A DNA stretch of 64,000 bases from Blastocystis sp. subtype 4 (GCF_000743755.1 NW_014569480.1:1-64000); one strand, 5' to 3'; positions 39,186 to 52,900 are shown, counted from the stretch's first letter. Made by a program: numbers and translations. The notes: a model not told the origin generated them from the letters alone.

Positions 39186-40108
39186 ATGCTCGCTTCGAAG
39201 TCGGTTATGTTCGCTAAGAGCATTTGCAGCAAGCCTGCTACTCTTCAGTTTGCTGCTCAGCGTTTTATGTCGGCTGCTCCCGACATGAAGGTTGACGCCA
39301 CTACAAGCAAGCCTGTTGTTATGTTCTACGTTTGTAATGAATAGAAGAACTACAAGATATTCTCAGTTTTCCGTTTTGATAATGAACGCGATAACAAGTT
39401 CCATTACGAGAAGTACGCTGTGGATCTCAACGAGTATGTTTTATTTCGGTGGTTTGAGGTATAGTTGTGGAACTATGGTTCTGGATGCTCTGTTTAAGAT
39501 CAAGAACGAGCAAGATCCCACGTTTGCTTTCCGAAGGTAATTGTTCATCTCATTCGTAAATTGTTAGATCATGTCGTGAGGGTATTTGTGGTTCTTGTGC
39601 CATGAACATCAATGGAGAGAACGGACTAGCGTGTTTGACAAAGATTCCTCGGGATAACAAGGTGGCAACGATTCGTCCTCTTCCTCATATGTATGTGATC
39701 AAGGATCTGGTTACTGACATGACCAACTTCTATGAACAGTATGCCTCTATCAAGCCCTGGCTTCAGAAGAAGACAAAGGTGAATACCAATTACGAGGTGG
39801 AGAATCTTCAATCGTATGAGGATCGTTTGCTTCTAGATGGTTTGTATGAGTGTATTCTGTGTGCTTGTTGCTCTACATCCTGTCCTTCCTATTGGTGGCA
39901 TGCTGACAAGTACTTGGGTCCTTCTATTCTCCAGCAAGCCTATCGTTGGATTGCGGATTCCCGTGATGAGATGACAGAGGAGCGTTTGAAGAGTTTGGAC
40001 GTGTATCGTTGTCATGCTATTATGAACTGCACACATGCTTGTCCTAAGAATCTCAATCCTGGTCGTTCGATTCACAAGCTGAAGCATGCTCTTCATAAGA
40101 TGCACTAA
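39186..40108 (+). CDS. SDHB: Succinate dehydrogenase iron-sulfur subunit; spliced
   Basis: [47 protein letters not shown]-terminal targeting peptide. Confidence 0.97.
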
Positions 40109-40151
40109 GTGTCTATTCTGCTTTTCCATCCTTTTGTTAGAATAAACAACT

Positions 40152-41489
40152 CTAAAGAGACTTTGAACGAGAACGAATTATTGTACGCCGTTCCTCCGCT
40201 TCTGTAGAATAGAAGATATTTGGACCGTAAATAATCCGTTGGTAATCTAAACGGTTGTATGACTGCCGATTGAAGAGGAAACCAAGAATAATAGCAATGA
40301 AATGTTCACAACTTAATCGAAAAGATCCCATCTCCCAAACACGTATTATTCCCAACTCAACTGTTGTTGTTGCAACCATGTACAACATGGATAAAGGTAC
40401 ATTCCACAGATATTGTTTTGTCTCAATATCTACAGCCTTTCCAAAGAAGATTCTAAACCACTTCATCGTAATAGTACATATATATTGCTCAAAGATAAAT
40501 GCTGTTAGCGACAAGACACTGATTCTCCGCAGAAACGTGCCTTTTCGGATAAGAACTCCCCGTTTCTCTGGAGACCGTCGTGGATCTTCACACAAGTACA
40601 CTCCCAAAACAATAATATTGGTTTCAACAACTAATTCCATCAGGCGAACAGAAGGTGGCTTATTCTCTTGAAGGGTTTGATACCAAAAGTCCTTTACACG
40701 TAGAATCAATAGGAGTGCCAACAGAGTAGTAATCGAAGAGAAGATGATTGAAAACCTCCATAAGATTTGACAAGTGAGATTCTCTGAGAGCATAATGGCG
40801 ATTGCACCTCCTACAAGTCCAAATGGAATACATTGGGCTAGCATGAAAGGACCGGATCCAATCTTGCTGAAGATAATACTTACGCCATTTAGGTTATGTT
40901 CCTCAAAAAATACTGCGATTTTCATTGCTGAGGAGGCGATTGGTTGATAGAAGATTAAGAGAACCAGTGCAGAGGAACACAATATACAGACCTGCAAAAG
41001 AGATCCATGATATTCAGGGAGTCGTCTTACCAGATACACAGCCAAAGGAACAATCCAGCCACAGGCCCCAACAGAATCGAGTGTATGACTGTAACGTGGA
41101 ATTGGTGCTTTTGGAACTTGTAAATACATGGTATTGAAGACATCATAATACTTCCACCATGTAGTAATCAGAATCTCCATGAACTTTAATACTATAGCAA
41201 ATATGATCCGATATAGGATATACTGAGCAACAACCCAATGTCCATACTTTTCCTTATTGATTACAGATAATCCACAAGTAATTGAGGTGATATATGTGAA
41301 GAATAGCCCCATCATCAAGATGAGAGAAAAAGGGGAGAGAAGGATAATTACCCAATTGCTAATGCTTCGCAAACAAGTCATCTCAATGTCATGATCCCAT
41401 TCACAGATTCCTCCTTCAAAGGTATGAGCAATTATCATACCAAGAACAGCTATCCCCTTTCCTGTATCAAATACTGAGATGCGTTTCAT
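40152..41489 (-). CDS. Intronless polytopic membrane protein, transmembrane acyltransferase superfamily (HGSNAT-catalytic/DUF1624/acyltransferase-3-like)
   Basis: MKRISVFDTGKGIAVLGMIIAH matches the R...D..(R/K)G.A...M...H signature. About 10 hydrophobic segments in a single 445-codon exon. Confidence 0.65.
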   Translation of the reverse strand: MKRISVFDTGKGIAVLGMIIAHTFEGGICEWDHDIEMTCLRSISNWVIILLSPFSLILMMGLFFTYITSITCGLSVINKEKYGHWVVAQYILYRIIFAIVLKFMEILITTWWKYYDVFNTMYLQVPKAPIPRYSHTLDSVGACGWIVPLAVYLVRRLPEYHGSLLQVCILCSSALVLLIFYQPIASSAMKIAVFFEEHNLNGVSIIFSKIGSGPFMLAQCIPFGLVGGAIAIMLSENLTCQILWRFSIIFSSITTLLALLLILRVKDFWYQTLQENKPPSVRLMELVVETNIIVLGVYLCEDPRRSPEKRGVLIRKGTFLRRISVLSLTAFIFEQYICTITMKWFRIFFGKAVDIETKQYLWNVPLSMLYMVATTTVELGIIRVWEMGSFRLSCEHFIAIILGFLFNRQSYNRLDYQRIIYGPNIFYSTEAEERRTIIRSRSKSL

Positions 41490-41569
41490 TCCAGAATATG
41501 GAGGATTCCATAGGCAACACGTTATCAACACGACGTATGAACAAACACATAAAAAGCACTAAATCAATT

Positions 41570-44049
41570 CTAATCTGATCCAAACGCCTGATCCAGAAGT
41601 TGGTCTAGATCTTCTTCCTCCATATCCTCTTCAGCCAATACTTTCTTCTTTGTAATATTGCCACTGCTAAAGATCTTATGGGAGTAGTCCTTCTTCAATA
41701 TTTCTCTCCACTGCTGGTCCATTCTCAATGAGCGAGATGCTTCCATTTCTTTCGCAAACGCAGCAACTGTTGGATCATAATGCTTCTGCAACAGACGTAA
41801 CTCCCTACAATCATAGAAATCTCTCATTCCTACCACAAGGTTGCAGCATGAGCATTTACCTGATCGGGGATATCACCAGAAATAGAGTAAACACCTGAAA
41901 TCCTTCGTCCCTCCTCATTATCTGCCAGAGAGGAATACATGGGATATCGGATCAATAGAGCTACAGTTGAATCAACAATGAATTCCTACCCCTAGCTAGA
42001 CTAATACAAGCCATTGCATACTTGGTTGGTAGCTGGAGTGCCATTGTGGTTAATGCTTTAGCATATGCAGCTACACGCTCATGGAGCAATTCTTTTCGAT
42101 TTAGGAATGATAACTAGCATAAAATCACAAATTCAAGCATACATCAATACATTCCAAGAAGTCAGGAATGAACTTGTGATTCTGAACTTTGATAAGATCA
42201 AACCGCAAGGCATAGAGTTTTGTGATGAAGATTCCTTCATCAATACTGATGATCGCTGATACCAAGTGAATGAGACGGAGAGATGCTAAAACGCATTGCA
42301 GTGTGGATTCCAAAGTAAGGGTCTTTTCTTGCATAATCTTCTTGAGAGTTTCGAGCAAGTCGATAATGATACGAGAATTAAGTAGATGGCTGAATGAAGC
42401 TAATCCTTCTAATACCACATGAATAAGTTTTGTGTTGTCCTCCAGCTTCAAAATACGGAAATAGATCAACAACACCTCTTGAAGTGTATCTTTTTGGAAT
42501 GCCTGAAATATCTCAGGATTTGGTCCTTCACTTTCCTGCATGATTTTGTCTCTATGCATAAATTCAACCTCTGGTACTAACACTTCACTCATTTTCTTTT
42601 TCTTCTTGCTTTTCACACCCAATTCATCCTCTTCAGATAATTGGTATTTCAAAGGAAGTGACAAAAATCTAGCGATTATTGGAATTCCTGATTTCTACAC
42701 TTGAATTGTTCTTGGAGGAACTCGATAATTCTTAGCCTTAATGACATGAGCCATTTGTTGAACGATAGAATAAGTGACACTACCTTGGACATCTCCTTTG
42801 AATACTTGATCGAAACAATCAGCGACTGTAGTAGCTATGGTTTCATCTCTAGTCTTCAAAAAGAATGATTAAGGATACGGTGATGCGATGAACGGAACAA
42901 TTGATTTGCAGATGGTCTCTGCCAGATTAAATTGATAATGATTCGTAAGAATTCCACATAAACAACGGATTGATAACAATCGTTCCTTCTTCATCGAATC
43001 AGATTTATCCTTACTCATCTTGATAAGTATTTTAAGATAACTCTAGTATTGAATTCAATATAGTGATTTACTTGATAGAAGGTCATTAATGATTCTTCGT
43101 ATTGACGCATCTTACGAACATCTTTGCTAATCTGTCCTTCTTTCTCCTCTTTCGATGCTAGATGAATTGGATAATTCTTTTCATGAGTGAACATATATAC
43201 AGATACGGGAAGAATGTCGTTGAACACTTTCATTAGCGATAACAGAGCTACCTGACGAATGCGAGGATCTGAATCTCGTGCAAATATTAGCACCTTATTT
43301 AAAGGAGAAATCTCATTACGATGACGTGTAACACCTTTTGAAGGATTCTCTAAGATTAGCTATTCATGATTCCAACTCTTTTTCCTTACTTCACAATTTA
43401 CAGCAATATCAGTGAGTGAATCTGTGTAATGTTTCTCCTTTTGCTCCTTTAGTTGTTCTTATCATCATCACCATATCCTTAACTCACCTGGAGTCAGAGG
43501 TATCTCCTCCACAGCTTCATCACTACCTCCAAGTAATTCCTCATCTTCTTCCAGTAACCCTTCTCCTTTCTTCTTCTCCTTTCTTCTCTGCTCCTTTCTT
43601 TCTCGTTTTGTCATCTTTTGCTTCTTATTCTTTTCAACCATCGGTTCTTCGTCTTCAGATTCTTCTTCCTTCTTCTGGATTCTAGGTTTCTTGTTCACTC
43701 GCAACGTTCCGTCCTCTTCAATTGTTGGAAGATACTCCTCCTCTTCCATTTGATTGCTCTGATTATCATTTAACCAATTCATACGAACATGTCGAGGTTT
43801 CTTTTCATATTCCTCCTCTACATCATCTTCTTCGCGTTTTCTTCTATCAATTACTGGAATTATAAACAAATACGATCGTTTCTTACTCCCTTCTCCTTCT
43901 AGATCCATCATTGACAGAAAATCAGCAAACTTGGAATTCTTCTATTCGAATAAGATGCTCTTTCGACAAAATACCTGAAAATAGGTGTCATCATCAGCAA
44001 AATCGTCCGAACTCTCCTCATAGTCTTTATCTTCACGATTTGAACTCAT
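41570..44049 (-). CDS. NOC3: Nucleolar complex protein 3; spliced
   Basis: EEEYEKKPR, ALLSLMKVFNDILP.YPI, SKDVRKMRQYEESL, VLEGLASFSHLLN, LLQKHYDPTV. Confidence 0.9.
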
Positions 44050-44171
44050 TGTATGGTTCGGAACTGTGAATAACCTAAGAATGAAGAAGCTGTCACATAC
44101 CAGGAATATAGGGAATTTTTGTAATTCCAATTTCCTTATGAAGACTTCAAATCATCAAAAAGCCATTAATC

Positions 44172-47100
44172 ATGGGTGTTCCTACTCTGTTTAAATGGCT
44201 TGTAAGTAAGTATCCAAAATCAATTACTGATTGTGTTGAAACAGAAGGAACCTATGTGGATGGCAACTATATCGCTCCCGACTTATCTACCCCAAATCCT
44301 AATGGAATTGAATTCGATAATTTCTATTTGGATATGAATGGTATTGTTCATAACTGTAGTCATGCAGAGGGATTGGATAAGATCCCAGAGAACGAAACAG
44401 AAATGTTTGAAAACATCTTTCTGTATGTTTTAATATTACTCTACTACTGTAGTTATCTCGATCGTCTCTTTGAACTTGTCCGACCACGTAAACTTGTGTA
44501 CATGGCAGTAGATGGTGTCGCGCCACGTGCAAAAATGAATCAACAACGTTCTCGTCGTTTTAGTGCTTTTCAGGTTCTAGTTCTTGGTTTATTTTATTCT
44601 AGGAGTCTCAGGATCGTCGTGATGCTGAAGATGAGCTACGTGCCAAGCTGTTAGCCAAAGGCATGAAGGTTCCTCCTCGTAAGCCCAAATCTTGGGACTC
44701 CAATGCAATTACTCCGGGAACAGAGTTTATGATGAAGGTGTGTGATAACCTGCGTTGGTATATTCATGATCGAGTTACACACAATCCTGAGTGGAAGGGC
44801 CTCACAGTAATTCTCTCGGATGGTTCTGTTCCTGGTGAAGGAGAACACAAAGTGATGGATTTCATTCGTCGGGAACGAGCTCAACCTGGATATAATCCAA
44901 ATACAACGTATGTGTGATCCTATTTACTGAGAACTAGTCATATTATTCATGGTTTAGATGCAGATCTGATTATGTTGGGTTTGGCCACTCATGAGAGTCG
45001 TTTCTATATCCTGCGTGAGGAAGTCATCAATACACGTCATCAGACTGCTCGTTGCTATCTCTGTGGAGCTGAAGGTCACACGTAAGAATTGAATTCTTGT
45101 AATTATCATCAGAGCTGAGCAATGCACAGGTAAACCAGATCGTCCTCGAGGTGCATTGACGCGTGCTAGCAAATACATGCATCAACATCTTCAGATCCTT
45201 CATCTTCCTGTTCTTCGTGAGTACATGCAAGGTGAATTTGCTTCTATGCAACGCCAAATCTCATTTAAATACGATTTTGAAAATGTTCTTGATGATGTGG
45301 TGTTTCTTTGCTTCTTAGTGGGAAATGATTTCCTTCCTCATCTTCCTTGTCTTGATATACGAGAAGGTGGTCTTAATCTTCTGTTTAATCTTTATCGGTC
45401 TCTAATGCCTACAATGGATGGATATTTGACAAGTGAAGGAGGAGAGGTGAATCTTCCTCGTGTTATGCGTGTTTTTGTAGAACTTGCAAAGGTTGAAGGT
45501 ACTATCTTAAAACGAAGGAGGTATTTGTGAATAGGAATGTTTATCGTTAGAGCAGTTCAAGTGGATAATGAGATCCGGAATCGGGAACGTGCTGCTAACA
45601 TATCCAATCTTATCAAGGCTCCTTCTACATCAGTAGGTACTAGCAATACAGAGGAAATCAATATTGATGAAGAGACCGGCACAAATGAGAAGGAGGATAT
45701 CACACTACTGGCAATTGAAGCAGCTTCTGCTGCGTTACAACATGATTCAGATCCAGAGAATACCGAGAAAAAAGAGAAAGAAGAAGAGATGACAGAGGAA
45801 GAGAAGAAGAGAATTGAACAGAGGTAAACAGACTATCATGCTTTTGATCCTAGTTATTCAGTTGAACTCCTACGAGCATTCGATAAGAAGAACAGGAGAG
45901 ATGATGTTGAAGATAAGATCAAACTTGGTGAAACTGGATGGCAAACACGATACTATGTTGAAAAGTTTGGTCGTGATGGAATCAAACTAACACCAGAGTT
46001 CTATAAAGATTTGGCTTCTAGTTACATTGAAGGACTACGTTGGGTCATGTTATATTACTATCATGGGGTTCCTTCTTGGGACTGGTATTTTCCCTATCAT
46101 TTTGCTCCTTGTGCATTCACAATTGTTCAATTCAAATATGAAAACACGCCTTTTGTATTAGGTAAACCCTTTCGGCCTCTTGATCAATTGATGGCTGTAC
46201 AACCTCCTGGATGTGCTTATCTACTTCCTGAGCCAATGCGTGAACTAATGACAAATCCCAATTCTCCAATTATCTCATTCTATCCAAAGAGAGTACTATT
46301 ATGATGTGATTATGATATAGATTGAATATGATACGAATGGAAAGCCTTTCCGATGGTTATGGACTGCTAAGATTACGTTCATTGACCAGAAACAACTAAC
46401 AGATGCTGTAGACTCAGTGATGGATAAGTTATCAAAGGAGGATTTGTATCGGAACCATCATGGAGATGAGGTCTTATATGTATGGATTGGATAGGAATGA
46501 GAAGTAGGTTCATAGTGTATCTTGGCTTGCTGAACAGTTTTTGAAGAATAGTGAAGAGAAATTCATCCTTCAGGAACCTCAGCAATATCCAATCTTTGGA
46601 ACTGTTGAGAAGGCTAATGAGCCATCTCTTCGTTGCTGTTCTATGTTTCTCTTATCAATAGATGAATGTATTGTCTCAACACCTCCTACTGCTTTCCCTC
46701 GAATTCCATGTACTCAAACTCTTCCTCTGAAGTTTGTAATGCCTGAGGCTTCGATTCATGTTTCTCATCTATTGCCCGGTGTGGTTCCACCTCCAAAGAT
46801 TCTATTCCCTCAGGACATTGTCATTTCTGCCCCTCCTCTAAATCGGAAAATGGATATCTCAGATCTTGGATATATTCATGACGTTGAACCTACACGAGAG
46901 ACTGGGTGGGGATCTGGTGTCGTTCGGGAGTTACGTCGTGATCCTCGTCTAAGTAGAAAACGAGATTATGAGGAGAATGATACTGAATCAAAGCGATATC
47001 GATCTCAGAATTATCCTCCACAACCATATGGTCAGCCATATCCACAACCCTATGGTCAACCATATCCGATGCCTTATGGTCAGCCATATCCACAATCTTA

Positions 47101-47332
47101 TGGCCAGCCCCATTCAATGCCCTATGGTCAGTCTTATGGCCAACCTTATCCACCACCCTACAATCAACCTTATGGTCAGCCCTATCAACAACCCTATAGA
47201 CAACCGTATCCACAGTCATATAGTCAGCCATATGGACAATCTTATCAACAACCCTATCAGCAACCTTATCAGCAACCATATCAACAACAATCTCAGTCAG
47301 CGCTTGGAATGTTACAAAAACGATTGAAATAA
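44172..47332 (+). CDS. XRN2: 5'-3' exoribonuclease 2 (Rat1); spliced
   Basis: [56 protein letters not shown], zinc knuckle [16 protein letters not shown]. Confidence 0.95.
47010..47290 (+). repeat. Degenerate 12/24-bp coding repeat (YGQP YPQP)n in the XRN2 tail
   Basis: Protein [32 protein letters not shown]...[11 protein letters not shown]. Confidence 0.9.
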
Positions 47333-47616
47333 AGGCATTGAGAGAACGTAAAGCAGTGCATAGAACCATGTTTGTAAATGCAAATACTTTAACTTAAAAG
47401 AATGTCACCAATTTCTGATTTCGGTTATTTTGACAAGATACTAACTTCTGAACACTAAGAAGACAGTCTTGACGACACTGATTCTCCATTAATGTTGTTC
47501 AACAATTATATATTTTGGAATCATCCGTTCATAAGCAAACAATTATATCCATAAGAATTCCACTATCCAAAAGGAATCCATTATTCGCTTTGTTTGTTCT
47601 CTTTATGTGTTGAAGA

Positions 47617-48583
47617 ATGCGTGAAGGGTTCAGTATGTTTTCCCGTTTACTGTTGATTCTAGTCAATACATTTGCAGGTGCATTCTGTGGGATCACTGTG
47701 GACAGTATCTTATACCCACTAGATACAATTAAAACGTTTGAATGGAAATTGTGAACTAAGAACTAGACGATTCCAAGCAAGCAAGGGATCAGTGAGAGTT
47801 GGAAGATATAAGAATCTCTTCAATGGACTAGGAACAATTCTCTTGGGTTCTGTTCCTGCATCTGCAGTGTATTGGAGTATTTATGAGAAAGTGAAACGAA
47901 ACCTATGTGAAGCAACGCATAACAATACGAAACTCTTTCCCGTTTGTGAAATGGTTGCAGCTGCAATTGGAGAATCTGTGGGATCGGCTATTCGGAATCC
48001 CTTTGAAGTGACGAAACAGTTCATTCAGATTCGTGGATACTCGAATCCTGTAAGGGCAATCTTGGAAATCTCCAAAGTGCTTTTATAACAACGTTTTTAC
48101 TTGTAGAAGCGTGGCTTTCGAGCTCTTTATTCAGGATATGGTCCAATGCTGATGCGAGATATTCCGTTTGATATGATTGAGGTAGTTGTATTATCGTTAA
48201 AACAATCATAGTACTCCTTTTATGAAGCAGAGAAGCGGTGGTCAAAGGGATTGGTGGTATATGGAAAGAGGAGGATGTGATTCTAGAAACACCGTGAATT
48301 GCGGCTACACGAAAATATGTTGATGGGATCGGTTGCTGGAGGGATAGCAGCCTTCTTTACATGTCCGTTAGATGTTTTGAAGACGCGGATTATGTTAACG
48401 GCGGATCTTCCAGCTGAACGACGATATGGAATTGTTGAAACATTTCGTCATATTGTCCGAAGGGAAGGTTATCGATGCTTGTTTTCTGGCGCAATGTATC
48501 GTGTATTATGGATTTCTTTAGGTGGAGCTATTTGGTTTGGGGCATTTGAAGAATACAAACGATTATTTACTCGTTTGCTGTAA
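47617..48583 (+). CDS. Mitochondrial carrier family protein, SAM carrier (SLC25A26/PET8)-like; spliced
   Basis: Three carrier signatures PLDTIKTR, PFEVTKQ and PLDVLKTR; contact motifs GSVPASA, RDIPFDMI, RVLWISLGG. Confidence 0.85.
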
Positions 48584-48610
48584 TAGTCAATGTTTGTAAT
48601 AAACAACTTC

Positions 48611-49839
48611 TCAAAACTCTCTCGTAATCTCTGTATTATTAAGAAGATTATTTATATGATAAGTGTTTTCTAGAATAGGTTGAACATTTGGCTGAGTAGA
48701 AAGACTTCGAAGAAATACCATTAAGGAAAATAACTAAAATTCAGAATCTCTTCAATACTAACTTCTTTGTCGTCTTCTTCTCCATTCCATGACAAAATGG
48801 GAATCGCATTATTCACATTGTAACAATAGACTAAAGGAGTGTTATCAACAATAAATGTTGTATTCTATGTGAAATAATCCATCCAATCATACTAGGTCAC
48901 GGTTCAATCGAGACAAATCCTTGTAATACTCATCTTGAGTGATAAATGTAGTGTGTTCCCGAGTGAGACAATAACTAATTAATGGCTTCTTCTCGTTGAA
49001 CATTCCAACAATCTTCATTGCATACCTATTCTTAACCAATCTTCCATCTTATACGATGATTCAGCAGCAGTGAACACAATAATCTCATAATACTCACTCA
49101 TCTCTTCCAGAAAAAGAAATACATATGGGCGAAATCGTACATATACACAATAATCTTCCACTATTCCCGTTCCACTACTCATCTGTTGATTCTACACTCC
49201 ATTCAATTATCCTCACTTACAAAACAAGTATCATATTTCGGTGGTTTATCTAGGGAACATGAAACGAGCGTTTCATCCAGGTCTAGTACCAGGGTATGAG
49301 AGGGAGCATCATGAGCTTTAGCAGGCAATAATAAGTTTGTGTCACTCCCTAAAGGAGGTGTCGGTATTTCGTTTAACACGTTACGAATAGCTGAAAAGGA
49401 ATCCACATAAGAAAGACCAATTTGCAAAAGCATCTCTTTGGTCCACCCAAATGTATCGTCAGAAGAAAAACAGTCATCATAGTCCTCTTCTAATTCCTCT
49501 CCCACCTCTTCTTCAGTACATTCCTCTGTTCTATTGTTAATGATCCAAAAATCCATTATAGAAGGATATGTCTGATGTGGACTCAACTCGTACATAGTCC
49601 GACGAGCAGCTACACCTTATCCACCCAATGCAATCCTACTTGTATCATTTACGGGTTTTGGAGAGAAAATATCATTATTACGACTTTGTTCTTCTGATAT
49701 CATATCATTTGTTGTACTGAGACGAGGAAGATAGGTCTTTCGTCTTTCATTTCTGTTGTCTATACTACCTATCTATTATGTATCAAATCTGCAATCTACT
49801 TTCCCCACTCACCCTAATAGACACGTGATCAGTCTCCAT
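48611..49839 (-). CDS. CTD small phosphatase-like protein (FCP1/SCP HAD family); spliced
   Basis: TLVLDLDETLV, VRFRPY, YEIIVFTAA, KDLSRLNRDL, IVDNTP. Confidence 0.9.
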
Positions 49840-49990
49840 TCCTTGTTAAAAATATTCCTAAAGGAATAGAATCTAAATTTGCTTTCCAGATAATACAAAT
49901 GATCTTAGAATAATAGATTGGTAACCCATACTTCGTGACAAAAACCAGGGGAATTTGGATCATTCTGGTTTTTTCTTCATATAACGCGAT

Positions 49991-52900
49991 ATGAAGAGAT
50001 CTTTCCAGATTTCTGTTGGTTCTAAGTTGAGTACTGACGAGTACTCAACTATGGTTGATAAACTAGCAGAGCTTCTTCCATCTGTCAACGAAAATGTTCA
50101 TATATTGCAGAATCGTTACATATCCCTGTTGACAAATCACAATCCTATCCCTTCTGTTACGTACTGGTTCTGTTCCTTGTTGATTTGAAGAAGCACGAAG
50201 TCCTATCCTCTTCCGACCAAACGAGAGAGTGACCTAATCTTGGCCTATTCGAAATTCATTATCAAAATGGGAGGAAGGTTCGTAAGAGTGGTTTTGGTGA
50301 TATCTAGAGTATCCAATGAATATTTCTCTGTTGTGTTTAATTCAGTTCGTAAGATCCCATATTATGTTATCACTGGAATCCAAAAGACAGATTGCTTGGT
50401 ACTGGCAGATTTTGTGGATGTATGTATCTATTTTGGTACTTTTTTGTAGGCCATTATGAATATTGCTAAAGTGGTATCTGCTAAGAGAGCTGAAGTGTTT
50501 CAAATTATCGAGGAAGTCATTTCTTCTCTGTTAAAGGATGTTTGCGACAATTTTGGGAATTGAATTGTAGCAATTCCGCGAGTCCATTCTTTTTACTGTT
50601 CTTCAGACTCTAGCATTATGGAAAGGAGAATACCCATTCAATCATGATTGCTTAATGCCATTTGCAAACGAGATATTTGAATATATGACGAAATTGAATG
50701 ACCATTGTATCCCTTCTCTAATCATTTTACTACTAGTATCTCGTTCTCGTGGTAGTACCCTTTTTGACATTTCCCAGCGTCTTTCTGTTCTGATTATGAT
50801 TGAGAGTCGTATCATGATAACTCTTAGAGTGCAACCATTCATATTTTCTGATCCATAGTACTCCACAGTGAGTATGGAAACGATCAGTCCAACTCTAACT
50901 GGTCTCTATAATATCGCTGACCATTTTGCAGGAAAGCCATCTCATCCTCGTCTCCTGATTGCTAGTTTGTCTATGCTTGAAGCATCCTCTTTCTTTTTCC
51001 CTGAGCTTCGAAATGCTGTATGGAAACGAACTTGGGATTGTATGATGAGTGCCTGTCGTGAGAAGAATGTTCAAGTGACTGTAGCAGAGGCGGCTATTCA
51101 CAATCTAATTCAACTTTGTCCATTGATGTTAGATGCTCTCTCTGCTTGTGCTCCTGATGTGAGAGAACTCTTGGACAATGCAGCTATGAGTAGTGAGATG
51201 CGTGAAGGAACTGGAGGATTCTTACGAATGAATAAGCGTCGAAAAGAACGATCTACTGTGAGTAAGTATGGTAGGAATGAAGAGTTGAGTTTTATTGTAG
51301 CTATTTGGAAGTATGAATCGTTACGTGCTGTTTTCACAGATCTCATTCGTGTGATTACTCTTACTGAGAACTCGAACCAAGTATTATGCTCACCAACATC
51401 TCTGGAGAATAGTGTCACACAGATGGTATTGGGTGAGATTTCTTCTGTAATGCCAATGTTATCTCTACTTCCTGCCTCTTCAGATCCTTCCTTCTCTGAG
51501 ATGCATGATTACACACAAATGATGCTTGATCTTTGTACAACCATTGCTCATACAGTGGATAATTCTGATATTCGTGCTGCATGTTTCCAAATCCTTGTTA
51601 GTAGTCTTGATAGTGAGTCTCCTCCTCTGGTTGTTCTTCCAAATATTGTGGACATTGCTTTGGATGATAATGAAGAGCGTCAGAAAGAAGTGAATCGAAT
51701 TCTAACTGGATTGCTAATGAATTATGAGTTGAAAAATGTGAGCTTCACGAATCAGATTGATTCATAGTATGATTTGGTAATTCAGGAAGTACCTCGATCC
51801 ATGACACGACTTGTCAAAGGTGTTACAGATCCAAAAACACGTCAGTATCTACAGAACCAGTTCTTAAATTCCTGTTCTCAACTCAGCAAAGCTGTATTGA
51901 ATGATTCGTATTGGTTTTTAGAAGGATATTAGAAGTAGGAATCGTATATCAGAGTTACGTACTTTACAATGGCGTATCAGTGAATCAATCATATCTGTAC
52001 TGTCAACCATTGAGGAAAAATGGAATCCATACAAACCTCAGGAAGAGGTTGATCTATCTTTAATGAAAAGTTACTTAGATGTCTGGTTCCACCTCGTGAC
52101 TGTCCTATTGCTGAGCACCACTAACCTCTAGATCAAGTCATTATCCACTGAGACATGGTCAGATACAGCAGAACGAGCACTGACTCTCTTTGCAGCGAAG
52201 TCTCCACTGTTACATCAACACTTTTTGGATGTGGAAACAAACATCGAGTTATCAGCTTTATTCTCTGCAACCAATGTCAATGCAGATTCAGAAGCTATCA
52301 GAGCAGCGCTTATCAGTCGACTTGGTAAGGAACATACAGCGAATGTGAATGTGTTAACATACACTGCCGCTCTGTATCTGTTCACAGTATATGAAGTAGA
52401 AAGTAGACGTGCTGAACAACTATGTACAATCAAGGCTATCTTTTCCTATTTCAATTCGTTCAAAGACACATCCTCTTCATTGTATCCTGTAATGACAGCA
52501 ATTCTAGCATCTATCTTCGATCAGTTTGTAAACAAGCTGAAACAAGGCACACGAAGTGAAGTATCGGAAACTATTCTGGAGGATCATATGGAATTTTTAA
52601 CTGTTCAGTTATGCCATCGGTTTGTTGTTCTTCAAGATCTTGCCCTTCGTTATGCTTGTCTCCTTCTTGAGAATTTCCCATTTCTGAAGAGAAACGCCAA
52701 CTGTCTGAATGTATTGATGAAGTGTCTTTTGACTATCAAAATCAATTTGGCTCCAGTGAATTGTGCCCCTGTCACATTAGCTAGTAGTGATCTTCGTGTT
52801 CTTCATGATGATACTCCTCTTCATTATGAGTTACAGCTTCCATTCCGATCTGACGAACTCCAAAGTCTGTATGATAAAGTTAAAAGTGTATTTTCTATCT

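Noticed and set aside
42849..42878. NOC3 intron starting GTATCCTT as U12-type
   Set aside because: Only 30 nt with no separate CCTTRAC branch site near the 3' end; it fits an ordinary U2 intron.
46890..47369. Antisense and alternate-frame ORFs over repeats (also 58242-58571, 613-879 and many inside PRP8)
   Set aside because: These are shadows of repetitive or codon-biased coding sequence.
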